From the NCBI GenBank assembly GCA_963628775.1, contig CAVGFC010000044.1:1-37545 (forward strand): DNA of 37,545 bases. Direction: 5' to 3'. The DNA comes from Acutalibacteraceae bacterium (lineage in GTDB: Bacteria > Bacillota_I > Bacilli_A > Erysipelotrichales > Erysipelotrichaceae). How positions within the stretch are numbered: the stretch's first letter is position 1; each line of letters begins with the position of its first letter. The translations under genes were made by a program, and so were the position numbers. Of the stretch, positions 1 through 10,417 are shown one piece after another. Under the pieces are notes generated by a model that saw only the letters and a list, made by a program, of their open reading frames with translations, was not told where the DNA came from and searched no databases.

Positions 1-479
1 GAGGGGCTAATGCTAGATTTGATAAGGATGGTAATGTCATTTTAAAGGAAGTTCCCGAAGTATTTGAAGCTGGTACTCCAAATATTGAAGGAGTACTTGG
101 ACTTTCTAGTGCTATTGATTATTTAAATAATTTAGGCATGGAAAGTATTGAAAAATATGATAATTATCTTAGCAAGTATATGATGGATAAAATCTGTAAG
201 CTTGATAATGTAACTGTTTATAACAAGAATGCTGATGTGGCTATTTGTTCATTTAATGTGAGTGGTATCTTCGCCCAAGATGTAGGTTCTTATTTAAATA
301 AGAATAATATTGCGGTTAGAACTGGTAATCAATGCGCTAAGATTTTGCACAATGTTACTGGAAGTGATCAAATTATTAGAGCTAGTATGTATCTATATAA
401 TACAACTGAAGAAATTGATAGATTTATTGATGTTATTAAGGATTGCACGATTGAAAAGTGCATAGGAGCTATTATATGA
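1..479 (+). CDS. sufS: Cysteine desulfurase SufS, C-terminal part (5' end outside the window)
   Basis: The frame-3 translation is open from position 3 (GANARFDKDGNVILKEVPEVFEAGTPNIEGVLGLSSAIDYL...), typical of the class II aminotransferase/SufS C-terminal domain. It ends at TGA 477-479, and sufU-sufB follow directly downstream. Confidence 0.85.
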   Translation, partial: GANARFDKDGNVILKEVPEVFEAGTPNIEGVLGLSSAIDYLNNLGMESIEKYDNYLSKYMMDKICKLDNVTVYNKNADVAICSFNVSGIFAQDVGSYLNKNNIAVRTGNQCAKILHNVTGSDQIIRASMYLYNTTEEIDRFIDVIKDCTIEKCIGAII

Positions 480-901
480 TGGATGAATTTTTAAAAAGAG
501 AAATACTTTTAGATCATTATCAAAATCCTCGTAATAAGGGTCTAATTGATGATGATAGATATCATATGGTACATAATGCTTCTGATTCATGTATTGATGA
601 TATTAAGGTACAAATGTTAATTGAAGATGGAATTATTAAAGATGTTAGATTTGATGGTGTGGGCTGTACAATTTGCTTTGCTAGCACTTCGATTATGTCT
701 ACTTTAATAAAGGGCAAAACAATCAAGGAAGCCAAAACTATCATTGGTGAATATAAAAAAATGATCAATGAAGATGAGTATGATAGTGATTTACTAGAAG
801 AGGCTAATGCCTTTGATACTTTATCTAAACAAGCTAATAGAATTAAGTGTGGAACAATTGGCATAAAGGCCATGGAAGAGTTGATAGATAATTATGGATA
901 A
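476..901 (+). CDS. sufU: Fe-S cluster assembly sulfur-transfer/scaffold protein SufU (IscU-like)
   Basis: Contains [12 protein letters not shown] and three conserved Cys contexts ([19 protein letters not shown]). ATG 476 overlaps the sufS stop as ATGA. The track start at 458 is a GTG inside sufS. Confidence 0.85.
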   Translation: MMDEFLKREILLDHYQNPRNKGLIDDDRYHMVHNASDSCIDDIKVQMLIEDGIIKDVRFDGVGCTICFASTSIMSTLIKGKTIKEAKTIIGEYKKMINEDEYDSDLLEEANAFDTLSKQANRIKCGTIGIKAMEELIDNYG

Positions 902-2297
902 TCAAGATATTATTAAAAATCAAGAAGAATACGCATATGATTTTAAGGACAAGGATGTCTCAGTTTTCAAGACTTCAAAAGGCTTAAATGAGGAAGTTAT
1001 TAGAGCTATTTCTAAGGCTAAAAATGAGCCTGATTGGATGCTAGAGTATCGTCTAAAAGCATATCATAAGTTTGTTGAAATGCCTTTACCTAGCTTTGGG
1101 CCAGATTTAAGTGATATTAATTTTGATGATTTTACTTATTATATTAAGCCAAGTAATAAAGTAGAAAAGGATTGGAATGAGGTTCCAGAAACCATCAAGA
1201 ATACTTTTGAGAAACTAAAGATTCCTGAGGCTGAACAAAAGTTTCTAGCTGGTGTTTCTACTCAATATGAATCAGAAGTTGTTTATCACAACATGCTAAA
1301 AGAAGTAGAAGAAAAAGGGGTTATCTTTTATGATACTGATACTGCCTTAAAGAAATATCCTGATTTATTCAAGGAATATTTTGGCACAGTTGTATCCTAT
1401 GCTGATAATAAGTTTGCAGCCTTAAATGCAGCTGTTTGGTCTGGAGGTTCATTTATATATGTGCCAAAAGGTGTAAAACTAGAGAAGCCTTTACAATCTT
1501 ACTTTAGAATAAACTCTGAACTTATGGGCCAATTTGAAAGAACCTTAATTATATGTGATGAAGGAAGTGATCTTCATTATGTTGAAGGCTGTACCGCTCC
1601 TAAGTATTCCAATGATTCTTTACATGCAGCTACTGTTGAAATAATTGTTAAAAAAGATGCTAAGTGTCGTTATTCTACTGTTCAAAACTGGTCTAGTAAT
1701 ATCTTGAATCTCGTTACTAAGCGTACATTGGTTGAAGAAAATGGCGTCATGGAATGGATTGATGGCAATATTGGTTCCCATTTGAATATGAAATATCCAT
1801 GTTGTGTTTTAAATGGAAAAGGCGCAAAGGGTGTTTGTATCTCAATTGCGGTTGCCTCACACTCACAATTTCAAGATGCTGGAGCTAAGATGATTCATTT
1901 AGCACCTAATACATCTAGTACAATTGTTTCTAAGTCTTTGTGTAGGGTTGGTGGCAAGGTTAACTATCGTGGCAAGGTTGTTATGGGTTTAAACGCTAAT
2001 AATTCTAAGGCTAAGGTAGAATGTGATACTTTAATTCTTGATGATATATCAAGTTCTGATACCATTCCTACAAATGTTGTTTCTAATAATACTAGCACTA
2101 TTGAGCATGAAGCTACTGTTTCTAAAATTAGTGAGGAACAATTGTTCTATCTAATGTCTCGTGGTTTATCTTTAGAAGAAGCAACCCAAATGATTATTCT
2201 TGGTTTTATTGAACCATTTACCAAGGAATTACCTATGGAATATGCAGTTGAGTTAAATCAACTTCTAAAAATAAATATGAAGGGTTCGATTGGTTGA
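894..2297 (+). CDS. sufB: Fe-S cluster assembly protein SufB
   Basis: 467 aa with full-length SufB-like sequence ([52 protein letters not shown]). Overlaps the sufU end by 8 nt. Confidence 0.95.
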   Translation: MDNQDIIKNQEEYAYDFKDKDVSVFKTSKGLNEEVIRAISKAKNEPDWMLEYRLKAYHKFVEMPLPSFGPDLSDINFDDFTYYIKPSNKVEKDWNEVPETIKNTFEKLKIPEAEQKFLAGVSTQYESEVVYHNMLKEVEEKGVIFYDTDTALKKYPDLFKEYFGTVVSYADNKFAALNAAVWSGGSFIYVPKGVKLEKPLQSYFRINSELMGQFERTLIICDEGSDLHYVEGCTAPKYSNDSLHAATVEIIVKKDAKCRYSTVQNWSSNILNLVTKRTLVEENGVMEWIDGNIGSHLNMKYPCCVLNGKGAKGVCISIAVASHSQFQDAGAKMIHLAPNTSSTIVSKSLCRVGGKVNYRGKVVMGLNANNSKAKVECDTLILDDISSSDTIPTNVVSNNTSTIEHEATVSKISEEQLFYLMSRGLSLEEATQMIILGFIEPFTKELPMEYAVELNQLLKINMKGSIG

Positions 2298-2317
2298 TCT
2301 GTATCAACCAATTTTTT
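2291..2317 (+). terminator. Intrinsic terminator after sufB
   Basis: Hairpin TGGTTGAT-ctgt-ATCAACCA followed by ATTTTTT. It overlaps the sufB stop codon. Confidence 0.6.
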
Positions 2318-2348
2318 ATATAATTAGTGAGATTTAGGGGAGAAAAAA

Positions 2349-4127
2349 ATGTTTGATAGAAAAGACGCTAAAAGAAAGGCTAAACAAAAATTAAAGAAAC
2401 ATTATGTAATATTTGTCATAGCTTGTTTAATTGCTTCCTTTATTGGTGCGGATTATGCTGAATCTACTTCTTTTATAAAAGGGGATAATGATGAATTAAC
2501 AATTAACGAAAGCGAAGAAAGTGATGTTTTATTTGACTTAGTCACAAAAGGTTTAGCCTCAGGACAAGAAGCAGTAAAGAAAAAGGTTGTGATTGATACT
2601 GATTTAGGCCCTTTACAATTAGGACACACAAATGGTGTACTTGCAGGTATTGTAACAAATGTTACAACTGGATCTTTTTTAGTAATTATCTATAAGGCGA
2701 TATCTACTTTAATTAAAAAAGGAAGTGATATATTTGCCTCAATTGGCGTTATAACAGCAGCCTTATTCTTATCGCTTGTAGCTATATTTATAAGAGATGT
2801 TTATAAAGTAATTTATAGAAGAATATTCTTAGAAGGCTACAATTATGATTCTGTTAAATCTAATAGGTTTTTATATGTCTTTAAATGCCATAAATGGTTT
2901 AATTCAGCATGGTGCATTTTTAAGATGGAAGTTTATTTATATCTTTGGTATCTAACTGTTATTGGCGGTATTATCAAATCTTTCTCATATGCGATGGTTC
3001 CTTATATCGTTGCGGAAAATCCTAGTATTAAATCAGGCGATGCGATTACTTTATCAAGAAAGATGATGAATGGTCATAAGTGGGAATATTTTAAATATAT
3101 GCTTACTTTTATTGGCTGGTGGTTTCTTGATGGTTTAACACTTGGTTTAAGTGGCATTGTTTTTTCAAATCCTTATCTAGAAGCCTTTAATGTTGAGTAT
3201 TATGTTTATTTAAGAAAACTCGCAATCAACAATAAGATTGAAGGATATGAAAACTTCAATGATACTTATTTATATGAATTTGCTGACGAGGAAACATTAA
3301 AGAATGCTTATAGTGATTTAGATAAGGTGAAAGATGTAAAGCCTATTTATCCTACTTATGGAAAGCTTGAGGGTTTCTTTGCGACTAAATTAGGTGTTGT
3401 CTTAAAATATGATGAAAAATCAAATCAATATAATAAGGCTTTATTTGCTGAGGCACTAGCTAATCATTATGATGATATTTTTGATCATAAGACCTATCCT
3501 GAAAAATTAAGCAAACAACATATAAGTGAAAAAGCTAAAAAGGATACTGTTACTTTGGCTAATAGACAATATAGTGTATCTACCTTGATTATTATTTTCT
3601 TTGCCTTATCTTTTATTGGTTGGCTATGGGAAGTTTCTTTACATCTAATAAATGAAGGAAAGTTTGTTAATAGAGGCGTTTTAGCTGGACCTTGGCTTCC
3701 AGTCTATGGTTCTGGTATTTTACTTATTCTTATTCTTTTGTATCACTTTAGAAAATCTGTTGTAAAAGAATTTACTTCAGCTATCATTTTATGTGGATTT
3801 GTAGAATATTATACAAGTGTATATCTAGAATTAACCCATGATGGTACCCGTTGGTGGAACTATTCTGGTTATTTCTTAAATTTAAATGGTCGAATTTGTG
3901 CTGAAGGCTTACTTGTGTTTGGACTTGGAGGTTGTATTGCGGTCTATTTTTTAGCGCCAATGATTGACAATAAGTTACGTAAGATTAAACCAAAAATTTT
4001 AAATATTGTATGTATTTTATTGATTCTATGTTTTACTGTTGATTTAATTCATTCAAAGAAACATCCAAATATAGGTGAGGGAATAACATCAAATATCATT
4101 GTTTATAGAAATGAGGATTTATGTTAG
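2349..4127 (+). CDS. Polytopic membrane protein: N-terminal DUF975-like domain fused to a C-terminal PF06541-like ('putative ABC-transporter type IV') domain
   Basis: The N-terminus (MFDRKDAKRKAKQKLKKHY + TM, later FIGWWFLDGLTLGLSGIVFSNPY...EYYVYL) resembles DUF975. The C-terminal roughly 190 aa (FIGWLWEVSLHLINEGKFVNRGVLAGPWLPVYG...) resemble PF06541. SD AGGGGAG at 2336-2342. Confidence 0.6.
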   Translation: MFDRKDAKRKAKQKLKKHYVIFVIACLIASFIGADYAESTSFIKGDNDELTINESEESDVLFDLVTKGLASGQEAVKKKVVIDTDLGPLQLGHTNGVLAGIVTNVTTGSFLVIIYKAISTLIKKGSDIFASIGVITAALFLSLVAIFIRDVYKVIYRRIFLEGYNYDSVKSNRFLYVFKCHKWFNSAWCIFKMEVYLYLWYLTVIGGIIKSFSYAMVPYIVAENPSIKSGDAITLSRKMMNGHKWEYFKYMLTFIGWWFLDGLTLGLSGIVFSNPYLEAFNVEYYVYLRKLAINNKIEGYENFNDTYLYEFADEETLKNAYSDLDKVKDVKPIYPTYGKLEGFFATKLGVVLKYDEKSNQYNKALFAEALANHYDDIFDHKTYPEKLSKQHISEKAKKDTVTLANRQYSVSTLIIIFFALSFIGWLWEVSLHLINEGKFVNRGVLAGPWLPVYGSGILLILILLYHFRKSVVKEFTSAIILCGFVEYYTSVYLELTHDGTRWWNYSGYFLNLNGRICAEGLLVFGLGGCIAVYFLAPMIDNKLRKIKPKILNIVCILLILCFTVDLIHSKKHPNIGEGITSNIIVYRNEDLC

Positions 4128-5314
4128 CTTTAATTTTATCGCCATTTTACATCGCAATAATTTATTGGGTTTGTAGAAGATGGTATAAATTTATTTCCGC
4201 TTTAAATATCAAAAATAAAAGATTAGATTGGTGGCTTAAACACTTCTCTTGGTCGATGTTTATTTTAACTTTGATTATAGGTATAGCCTTTTTATTACCT
4301 GAGACCTCTTCTTTAAAAAGACCCTTATCACAAATTGGTTCTTATTGGCTAGGTATTGGTTTATATTTAATATTATTTGTTGCGGTAATTGATTTAATCA
4401 GATGGATTTATGCCAAAATTAAAAAAGATAAATATGATGATTTCAAGGCTAGGGCAATTTGTGCTGCTTTAATAATTATTTGTACTGCTGGCGTATCAAT
4501 ATATGGCATTATAAACGCTAAGATTGTAAGAACTAGCGAATATACAATTGAGATTGATAAAGATGGTGGAAATTTTGATGAGATGACTATCGCTTTATTT
4601 GGTGATCCTCAATTTGGCTACAACATTGGTGAATATCATTTAAAACAAGCTGTCGATATCATTAATAGTTATGACGTTGATTTAGTGGCTATTGCGGGTG
4701 ATATCTTTGATAATCAATATAGTGCCATCAAGGATCCTGATAAACTTATTGAATTGTTTAATCAAATAGAATCTAAATATGGTGTCTATGCAGTACTTGG
4801 TAATCATGATGTTGAAGAACCTATTTTATGTGGTTTTACTTTTAATGATAAAGAATTAAGTGCTAAGGTTGCCTCTTTTGAAATGTTAGAATTTATTGAA
4901 AAATCTAACATTAAACTTTTATATGATGAAAATGTCATTATTAATGATTCTATTAATTTATATGGTAGAGCTGATGAAGAAAGGCCAAATCTTGGTAACA
5001 GTACTAGGAAGTCTGTTGAAGAAATTAAAGAGGAAATAGATACTTCAAAGCCTTTATTGGTATTAGACCATGAGCCAAAAGATTATGAAGAGCTTGAACA
5101 AATTGGTACTGATTTAGAAATGGCAGGTCATACTCATGATGGCCAATTATGGCCCACAAAGATTGCGACTGATATTGTTTGGACTAATCCTTATGGCCTT
5201 TATGTAGATGGCAATTTTAATGCCATAACAACATCAGGTCTTGGTTTATTTGGTCCTAATATGCGTGTTGGTACTATTGCGGAAGTTTGTATCATTCATA
5301 TTAAATTTAAATAA
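4121..5314 (+). CDS. Membrane-anchored calcineurin-like metallophosphoesterase (YkuE/YpbG-like)
   Basis: About 4 N-terminal TM segments, then metallophosphoesterase motifs GDPQFG, GDIFDN, GNHD and GHTHDGQ. ATG 4121 overlaps the upstream stop (TAG 4125-4127). Confidence 0.75.
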   Translation: MLALILSPFYIAIIYWVCRRWYKFISALNIKNKRLDWWLKHFSWSMFILTLIIGIAFLLPETSSLKRPLSQIGSYWLGIGLYLILFVAVIDLIRWIYAKIKKDKYDDFKARAICAALIIICTAGVSIYGIINAKIVRTSEYTIEIDKDGGNFDEMTIALFGDPQFGYNIGEYHLKQAVDIINSYDVDLVAIAGDIFDNQYSAIKDPDKLIELFNQIESKYGVYAVLGNHDVEEPILCGFTFNDKELSAKVASFEMLEFIEKSNIKLLYDENVIINDSINLYGRADEERPNLGNSTRKSVEEIKEEIDTSKPLLVLDHEPKDYEELEQIGTDLEMAGHTHDGQLWPTKIATDIVWTNPYGLYVDGNFNAITTSGLGLFGPNMRVGTIAEVCIIHIKFK

Positions 5315-5316
5315 GA

Positions 5317-5322
5317 TATAAT
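5317..5322 (+). promoter_or_regulatory. -10 box (TATAAT) 6 nt upstream of the priA ATG; candidate leaderless promoter
   Basis: Sequence is TATAAT-agcctt-ATG. No purine-rich SD lies between the upstream stop and the ATG. Confidence 0.4.
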
Positions 5323-5328
5323 AGCCTT

Positions 5329-7482
5329 ATGTACTTATGTGAAGTTTATGTTTCAAATTCATCACTATATGTAGATAGGCTTTTTTCTTATGCAAGTAAA
5401 GAATATATAGAACCTTTTAAAAGAGTTTCTATTTCTTTTCATAATGGTAATACAAGTGGTATTGTGATTAAGTGTAAGGAAATTGATTTAGATACTTATC
5501 AAAAAGAAGTAGGTTATAAGTTACTTCCTATAAAAGAAGTATTGGATGATTTTCCAATCATTAATAATGAACAATTTGAGTTGGCTAAGTGGTTATCTAA
5601 GACAACTATTTCACCCTTTATTTCATGTTTAAACACAATGCTTCCAAAAGTTTTACAAACAAGTAAAAAGTTTGTTGAACCGCTAATGGAAGAGAGAATT
5701 TATAAACAAAATAGAAAATGTAAATTAACACCTAAACAACAAGAAATATATGATGCTTATAAAGATGGCATGCTTGCTAGGGATGCTCGTAAATTGTCTA
5801 TATCTATCTTTAATAAATTAAAGGATTATGGCTTAATAACAATTAAAAGAAATGAGAAGTCTTTTGATAATGTTGGCTTATGCATAAATGATAATTTTAA
5901 ACAATTAACAAGCGATCAAAAAGAAGTATATGATAAATTTAATTCTAGTGATAAAGTTGTTTCTTTATTATATGGAGTAACAGGATCTGGCAAAACAGAG
6001 GTATATTTACATCTTGCCCGTAACTGTCTTTTATTAGATAAAGAAGTATTGATACTAGTACCTGAGATATCTTTAACACCACAAATGATTTCAAGAGTTA
6101 AGGAAAGATTTAATGATGTTGTTTTTTATCATTCAGCATTAAATGATAATGAGCGTTATCAACAATATAAGCGTATTAAAAATAACGAGGTTAAGATTGT
6201 GGTTGGTACTCGTTCTTCAATATTTTTGCCTTTTAAGAATTTAGGTCTAATTATTATTGATGAGGAACATGATACTTCTTATAAACAAGATAATACACCT
6301 TGCTACAACACTAAAAATGTGGCAATTAAAAGGGCTTTAGATTTTAAAGCTAAGGTATTACTAGCAAGTGCTACACCTTCTCTTGATTCCTACACAAGGG
6401 CTTTAAAAGGTGAATATGAATTGCTTAAACTTGAAAGGCGTATCAATAATTGTTTACCCCAAATCGAAGTAGTTGATTTAGTAAAAGAAACTAAGAAGCA
6501 TTCATCTTATATTATTTCTAATAGACTAAAAAATGAATTAGATAATACTTTAAATGCTCATAAACAAGCAATTATTCTTTTAAATAGAAGGGGTTATTCG
6601 CCAATAGTTAAATGTGGAGATTGTGGAACTACTTTAATGTGCAGCGATTGTGATAGTCCCTTAAATTATCATAAGGATATAAATGCTTTAAAGTGTCATA
6701 TATGTGGCAGAATCTATAAAAATGTTTCTAGTTGTCCAAAGTGTCAATCTAGCAATTTACTTTATTATGGCTTTGGTACTTTAAAAGTAGAAGAAGAATT
6801 AAATAAATTATTCCCAAATGTGAGTATTGCTAGACTTGATAGAGATACAACAAGTAAAAAAGGAGCACATGAAAAAATTCTTAACGCTTTTGGTAATAAA
6901 GAATATGATATTTTAATTGGTACCCAAATGATTTCTAAGGGATTAGATTTTCCTGATGTTACCTTAGTTGGGATCTTAAATGCCGATGCTGGTCTAGCCC
7001 ATCAAGATTATAATGCCGCTAAGCTAACTTTTGATTTACTGATGCAAGCAAGTGGTAGAAGTGGAAGGGCTGATAATAAGGGACTAGTTATTATTCAAGC
7101 TTTTAATAAGGACCATTATGTTATTAAGGCTGTTTTAAGACAAGACTATGAATATTTTTATAATATTGAAATGAACTATCGCTATAAGACAAATTATCCA
7201 CCTTATAGTCATTTATTATCAATCATTCTTTCTGATGAAAACATTGATCATTTAAATAACAGCACAAAATATTTGAATAATTTATTAAATGATTTGCCTT
7301 ACAAACATTATCGTCCCCTTGAATTATCTAAGATAAAAGGTAAGAGTAGAATGCGTATTTTAATAAGTAATAATAATTTAAATCCGCTAATTAATGATGT
7401 TTGGGTTATCATAGAAAAGTATTTACACACAAAAGGAATGGCATCAATTAAGATAGATATTGATCCTTTATATTTAGAATGA
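5329..7482 (+). CDS. priA: Primosomal replication-restart helicase PriA
   Basis: Walker A GVTGSGKTEVY, DEEHD box and a Cys-rich zinc-binding insertion (CGDCG...CSDCDS...CHICG...CPKCQ). 717 aa. Confidence 0.93.
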   Translation: MYLCEVYVSNSSLYVDRLFSYASKEYIEPFKRVSISFHNGNTSGIVIKCKEIDLDTYQKEVGYKLLPIKEVLDDFPIINNEQFELAKWLSKTTISPFISCLNTMLPKVLQTSKKFVEPLMEERIYKQNRKCKLTPKQQEIYDAYKDGMLARDARKLSISIFNKLKDYGLITIKRNEKSFDNVGLCINDNFKQLTSDQKEVYDKFNSSDKVVSLLYGVTGSGKTEVYLHLARNCLLLDKEVLILVPEISLTPQMISRVKERFNDVVFYHSALNDNERYQQYKRIKNNEVKIVVGTRSSIFLPFKNLGLIIIDEEHDTSYKQDNTPCYNTKNVAIKRALDFKAKVLLASATPSLDSYTRALKGEYELLKLERRINNCLPQIEVVDLVKETKKHSSYIISNRLKNELDNTLNAHKQAIILLNRRGYSPIVKCGDCGTTLMCSDCDSPLNYHKDINALKCHICGRIYKNVSSCPKCQSSNLLYYGFGTLKVEEELNKLFPNVSIARLDRDTTSKKGAHEKILNAFGNKEYDILIGTQMISKGLDFPDVTLVGILNADAGLAHQDYNAAKLTFDLLMQASGRSGRADNKGLVIIQAFNKDHYVIKAVLRQDYEYFYNIEMNYRYKTNYPPYSHLLSIILSDENIDHLNNSTKYLNNLLNDLPYKHYRPLELSKIKGKSRMRILISNNNLNPLINDVWVIIEKYLHTKGMASIKIDIDPLYLE

Positions 7483-8663
7483 GTCAAAGAAGTATAGCCT
7501 TAGATATTATATGTAAAAGTATTGGTAGTAGTTCTTATACCAATCTTTTAATGCGCAAAAAATTAATGGAATTAGAACCTATTCAAAGGCCATTTGTTAC
7601 AAGCCTTGTAAGTGGCGTCTTAAAAGAATATGATTATTTATTGTTTCAAGTTAAGGATTATTTAAAAACCAATACTTCTTTAAAGAATAAAGTGATCATC
7701 GCTATGGCTTTATATGAAAGATATTATCTAAATAAGGAAGCTTATATTAATAATGAATATGTTGATTTGGCAAATAAGTATGATAAAGCTTTTATAAATG
7801 CGATTTTAAGGAAGGAATATGAATTTAAAAAAGGTGAAGAATATATCAATAATTCTTTGCCTGAGTGGATTTATAATCTATTAGCTAAACAATATAGCGA
7901 AGATGAATTAAATAAGATTTTAAAGAATTATAAAAGAGTTCCTGTTGTTTATTATCGAATTAATCATCAAAAAGCTTCTTTTAAAGACTTTAAAGATATT
8001 GAAATAATAAATGATGATATTTTTATATCTAATAAAACTTTATTAAATAGCTTAGAATTTAAAAAAGGAATGTTCTATGTGGAAGATATTAACTCTTCTT
8101 CATTGGTTAAAAATTTAGACTTAAAAGAAAGTGATACCTTACTTGATGTTTGTTCAGCACCAGGTTCTAAATTATTTAATTGTTTAGATGTTATAAAGCC
8201 TAATAATGCTTATTCAAACGAGTTGCATGAGCATCGTTTAAAATTAATTGAAGATAGAGCAAAGCTTTTAGGCTTTGAGGGTGTGCATTATTTAAACTTA
8301 GATGGTAGAATTTTAAGTGATGTTTTAGATGTTAAATTTGATAAGATCCTATTGGATGTTCCTTGCTCGGGTCTTGGGACAATTGGTAGAAAGCCTGATT
8401 TAAAGTATCATTTAAAACCAGAATCTTTAGATGCTTTACAAAGTATTCAAAAAGAATTACTTGAATCTTCTTATAAGCTACTAAAGAAAAATGGTCTTAT
8501 TTTATATAGTACTTGTACTTTAAATAAGAAGGAAAATTCTAAACAAGTAACAAGTTTTCTTAATCAACATCAAGACTTAAAATTATTAAAAGAAGAAACA
8601 ATTATTAATGATGATGGTGATTGTTTCTATTATGCGGTTATCAAAAATGAATTTAATATATGA
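7479..8663 (+). CDS. rsmB: 16S rRNA (cytosine-C5) methyltransferase RsmB/Sun family
   Basis: NusB-like N-terminal domain, SAM motif DVCSAPGSK and catalytic DVPCSGLGTIGRKPD and YSTCTL motifs. ATGA overlap with the priA stop. Confidence 0.85.
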   Translation: MSQRSIALDIICKSIGSSSYTNLLMRKKLMELEPIQRPFVTSLVSGVLKEYDYLLFQVKDYLKTNTSLKNKVIIAMALYERYYLNKEAYINNEYVDLANKYDKAFINAILRKEYEFKKGEEYINNSLPEWIYNLLAKQYSEDELNKILKNYKRVPVVYYRINHQKASFKDFKDIEIINDDIFISNKTLLNSLEFKKGMFYVEDINSSSLVKNLDLKESDTLLDVCSAPGSKLFNCLDVIKPNNAYSNELHEHRLKLIEDRAKLLGFEGVHYLNLDGRILSDVLDVKFDKILLDVPCSGLGTIGRKPDLKYHLKPESLDALQSIQKELLESSYKLLKKNGLILYSTCTLNKKENSKQVTSFLNQHQDLKLLKEETIINDDGDCFYYAVIKNEFNI

Positions 8664-9684
8664 TTATTCTTTAACGGATTTAGAAAATTATTTAGCTTCA
8701 ATTAATTTGAAGCCTTTTAGGGCTAAACAAATCTTTAAGTGGCTATATGAAAAAAGAGTCTCTTCTTTTTTTGAAATGAGTGATATTTCTAAAGACCTAC
8801 AAAATAAATTAAATAATGATTTTATCTTTCATGATTTTAAAATTCGAAGTAAACAAGAATCAAAAGATGGTACCACCAAATTCTTATTTGAACTAGAAGA
8901 TGGCGCTCTTATTGAATCGGTATTGATGGTCTTTGATTATGGCTATTCCGCTTGTTTATCAAGCCAGGTTGGTTGCAATATGGGTTGCAAATTCTGTGCA
9001 TCAGGTTTACTAAAAAAACAAAGAGACTTAAGTGCTGGGGAAATTGTGCTTCAAGCTTTAACTATTCAAAAATATTTAGATCTAAAAGGTGCTAGGCTTG
9101 ATAATTTGGTAATCATGGGAACAGGTGAACCATTTGATAACTATGATAATCTTTTAAAGGGCTTATCTATTTTAAATAGTCCCTATGGCTTACAAATTGG
9201 TGCTAGACATATTTCTGTTTCTACATGTGGTTTAGTTCCTAAGATTAAGGAATTTGCTGATGAGAAGCTTCAATATAATTTAGCTATTTCTTTACATTGC
9301 GCTAATGATGAGCTTAGGAGTTCTTTAATGCCTATCAACAAGGCATATAATTTAAAGGAATTAATGAGTGCGATTGATTATTATGAGAAACACTCAAATC
9401 GACGTATTACCTTTGAATATTTATTGATTGCTGGTTTTAATAATAGTGAAAAAGACGCAGATGATTTATGTGCTTTATTGAAAGGTAGAAATGCTTATAT
9501 TAATTTGATTCCTTATAATGAAGTAAAAGAAAATGAATATAAAAGCACTAGTCCAAAAGATACTTTAAAGTTTTATGATTTATTAAAGAAAAGAGGACTA
9601 TCGGTTACTTTAAGACAAAAACGTGGCAGTGATATCGATGCTGCTTGTGGCCAATTAAGAGCTAAAGAGATGTTACATGATTGA
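8647..9684 (+). CDS. rlmN: 23S rRNA/tRNA adenine-C2 methyltransferase RlmN (radical SAM)
   Basis: FRAKQIFKWLY N-terminus, CNMGCKFCASG radical-SAM cluster motif and C-terminal DIDAACGQL. ATG 8647 is preferred over the track start 8608, which lies inside rsmB. Confidence 0.92.
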   Translation: MNLIYDYSLTDLENYLASINLKPFRAKQIFKWLYEKRVSSFFEMSDISKDLQNKLNNDFIFHDFKIRSKQESKDGTTKFLFELEDGALIESVLMVFDYGYSACLSSQVGCNMGCKFCASGLLKKQRDLSAGEIVLQALTIQKYLDLKGARLDNLVIMGTGEPFDNYDNLLKGLSILNSPYGLQIGARHISVSTCGLVPKIKEFADEKLQYNLAISLHCANDELRSSLMPINKAYNLKELMSAIDYYEKHSNRRITFEYLLIAGFNNSEKDADDLCALLKGRNAYINLIPYNEVKENEYKSTSPKDTLKFYDLLKKRGLSVTLRQKRGSDIDAACGQLRAKEMLHD

Positions 9685-10417
9685 TTTTTATTGTATTAGC
9701 AATGTCGGATTACATAGGACTTGTAATCAAGATTCATATATTACTTGTACCAATAATGATGGTGATTTTTTAGCTTTGGTTGCCGATGGCATAGGTGGAG
9801 GTAAGGCTGGAGATGTTGCCAGCAGGGAAACCGTAAATTATATTAAGGATCATTTTCATTCTTTAAGTTTTAATTCACTTTGTGACGCTAAAGAAAAAAT
9901 CAATGTCCTACTTAATGAGACTAACAAATATGTCTTTGACTTATCTATGTCTAATGTTAATTATCTTGGTATGGGTACTACTTTGACAGGTATTTTAATT
10001 ACTTCTTATGGTAGTTTAAGTATTAATGTAGGCGATAGTAGAACTTATGGTATCGTTGATAAGAAATTATTTAGATTAACTAGTGATCATACCTATGTTA
10101 ATCAAATGCTTGAAAAAGGTGAAATAACATATAAGGAAAGTTTAACTCATCCTAAGCGTCATTATTTAACTAAGGCTGTTGGTGTTTTTGACAATGTGGA
10201 ATTTGATATTCATAAGGTTAAGAATATGGATATGTATTTATTGTGTTCTGATGGTTTATGTGGTTATCTACAAGACAGAGAAATTATGAATATTATTGAT
10301 TCTTTAGAATATGGTACTTTAAAGAATAAGGGCGATGCTTTAATTGAAAAAGCACTCAAAAAAGGAGGCTATGACAACGTAACGGTTGTTCTTATTAATA
10401 ATGAAAATCGCAAATAG
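9677..10417 (+). CDS. stp: PP2C-family Ser/Thr protein phosphatase (Stp/PrpC)
   Basis: Motifs RTCNQDS, VADGIGGGKAG, VGDSR, CSDGL and GGYDNVTVV. Conserved position upstream of the PASTA kinase. Confidence 0.9.
   Translation: MIDFYCISNVGLHRTCNQDSYITCTNNDGDFLALVADGIGGGKAGDVASRETVNYIKDHFHSLSFNSLCDAKEKINVLLNETNKYVFDLSMSNVNYLGMGTTLTGILITSYGSLSINVGDSRTYGIVDKKLFRLTSDHTYVNQMLEKGEITYKESLTHPKRHYLTKAVGVFDNVEFDIHKVKNMDMYLLCSDGLCGYLQDREIMNIIDSLEYGTLKNKGDALIEKALKKGGYDNVTVVLINNENRK

Noticed and set aside
393-873. Minus-strand ORFs 393..590 (65 aa) and 562..873 (103 aa)
   Set aside because: They lie entirely antisense to the strongly supported sufS and sufU genes. The products are low-complexity and Leu/Ser/Ile-rich, as expected for shadow frames in AT-rich coding DNA. 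There is no SD or promoter.
8608-8646. Longer 5' starts offered by the ORF track (rlmN 8608, pknB 10386, sufU 458, rpe 12071, rpmB 13011, lspA 31930)
   Set aside because: In each case the extension lies inside the preceding gene or lacks an SD, and it adds residues not seen at the N-termini of these conserved families. Internal ATGs with better context were chosen.
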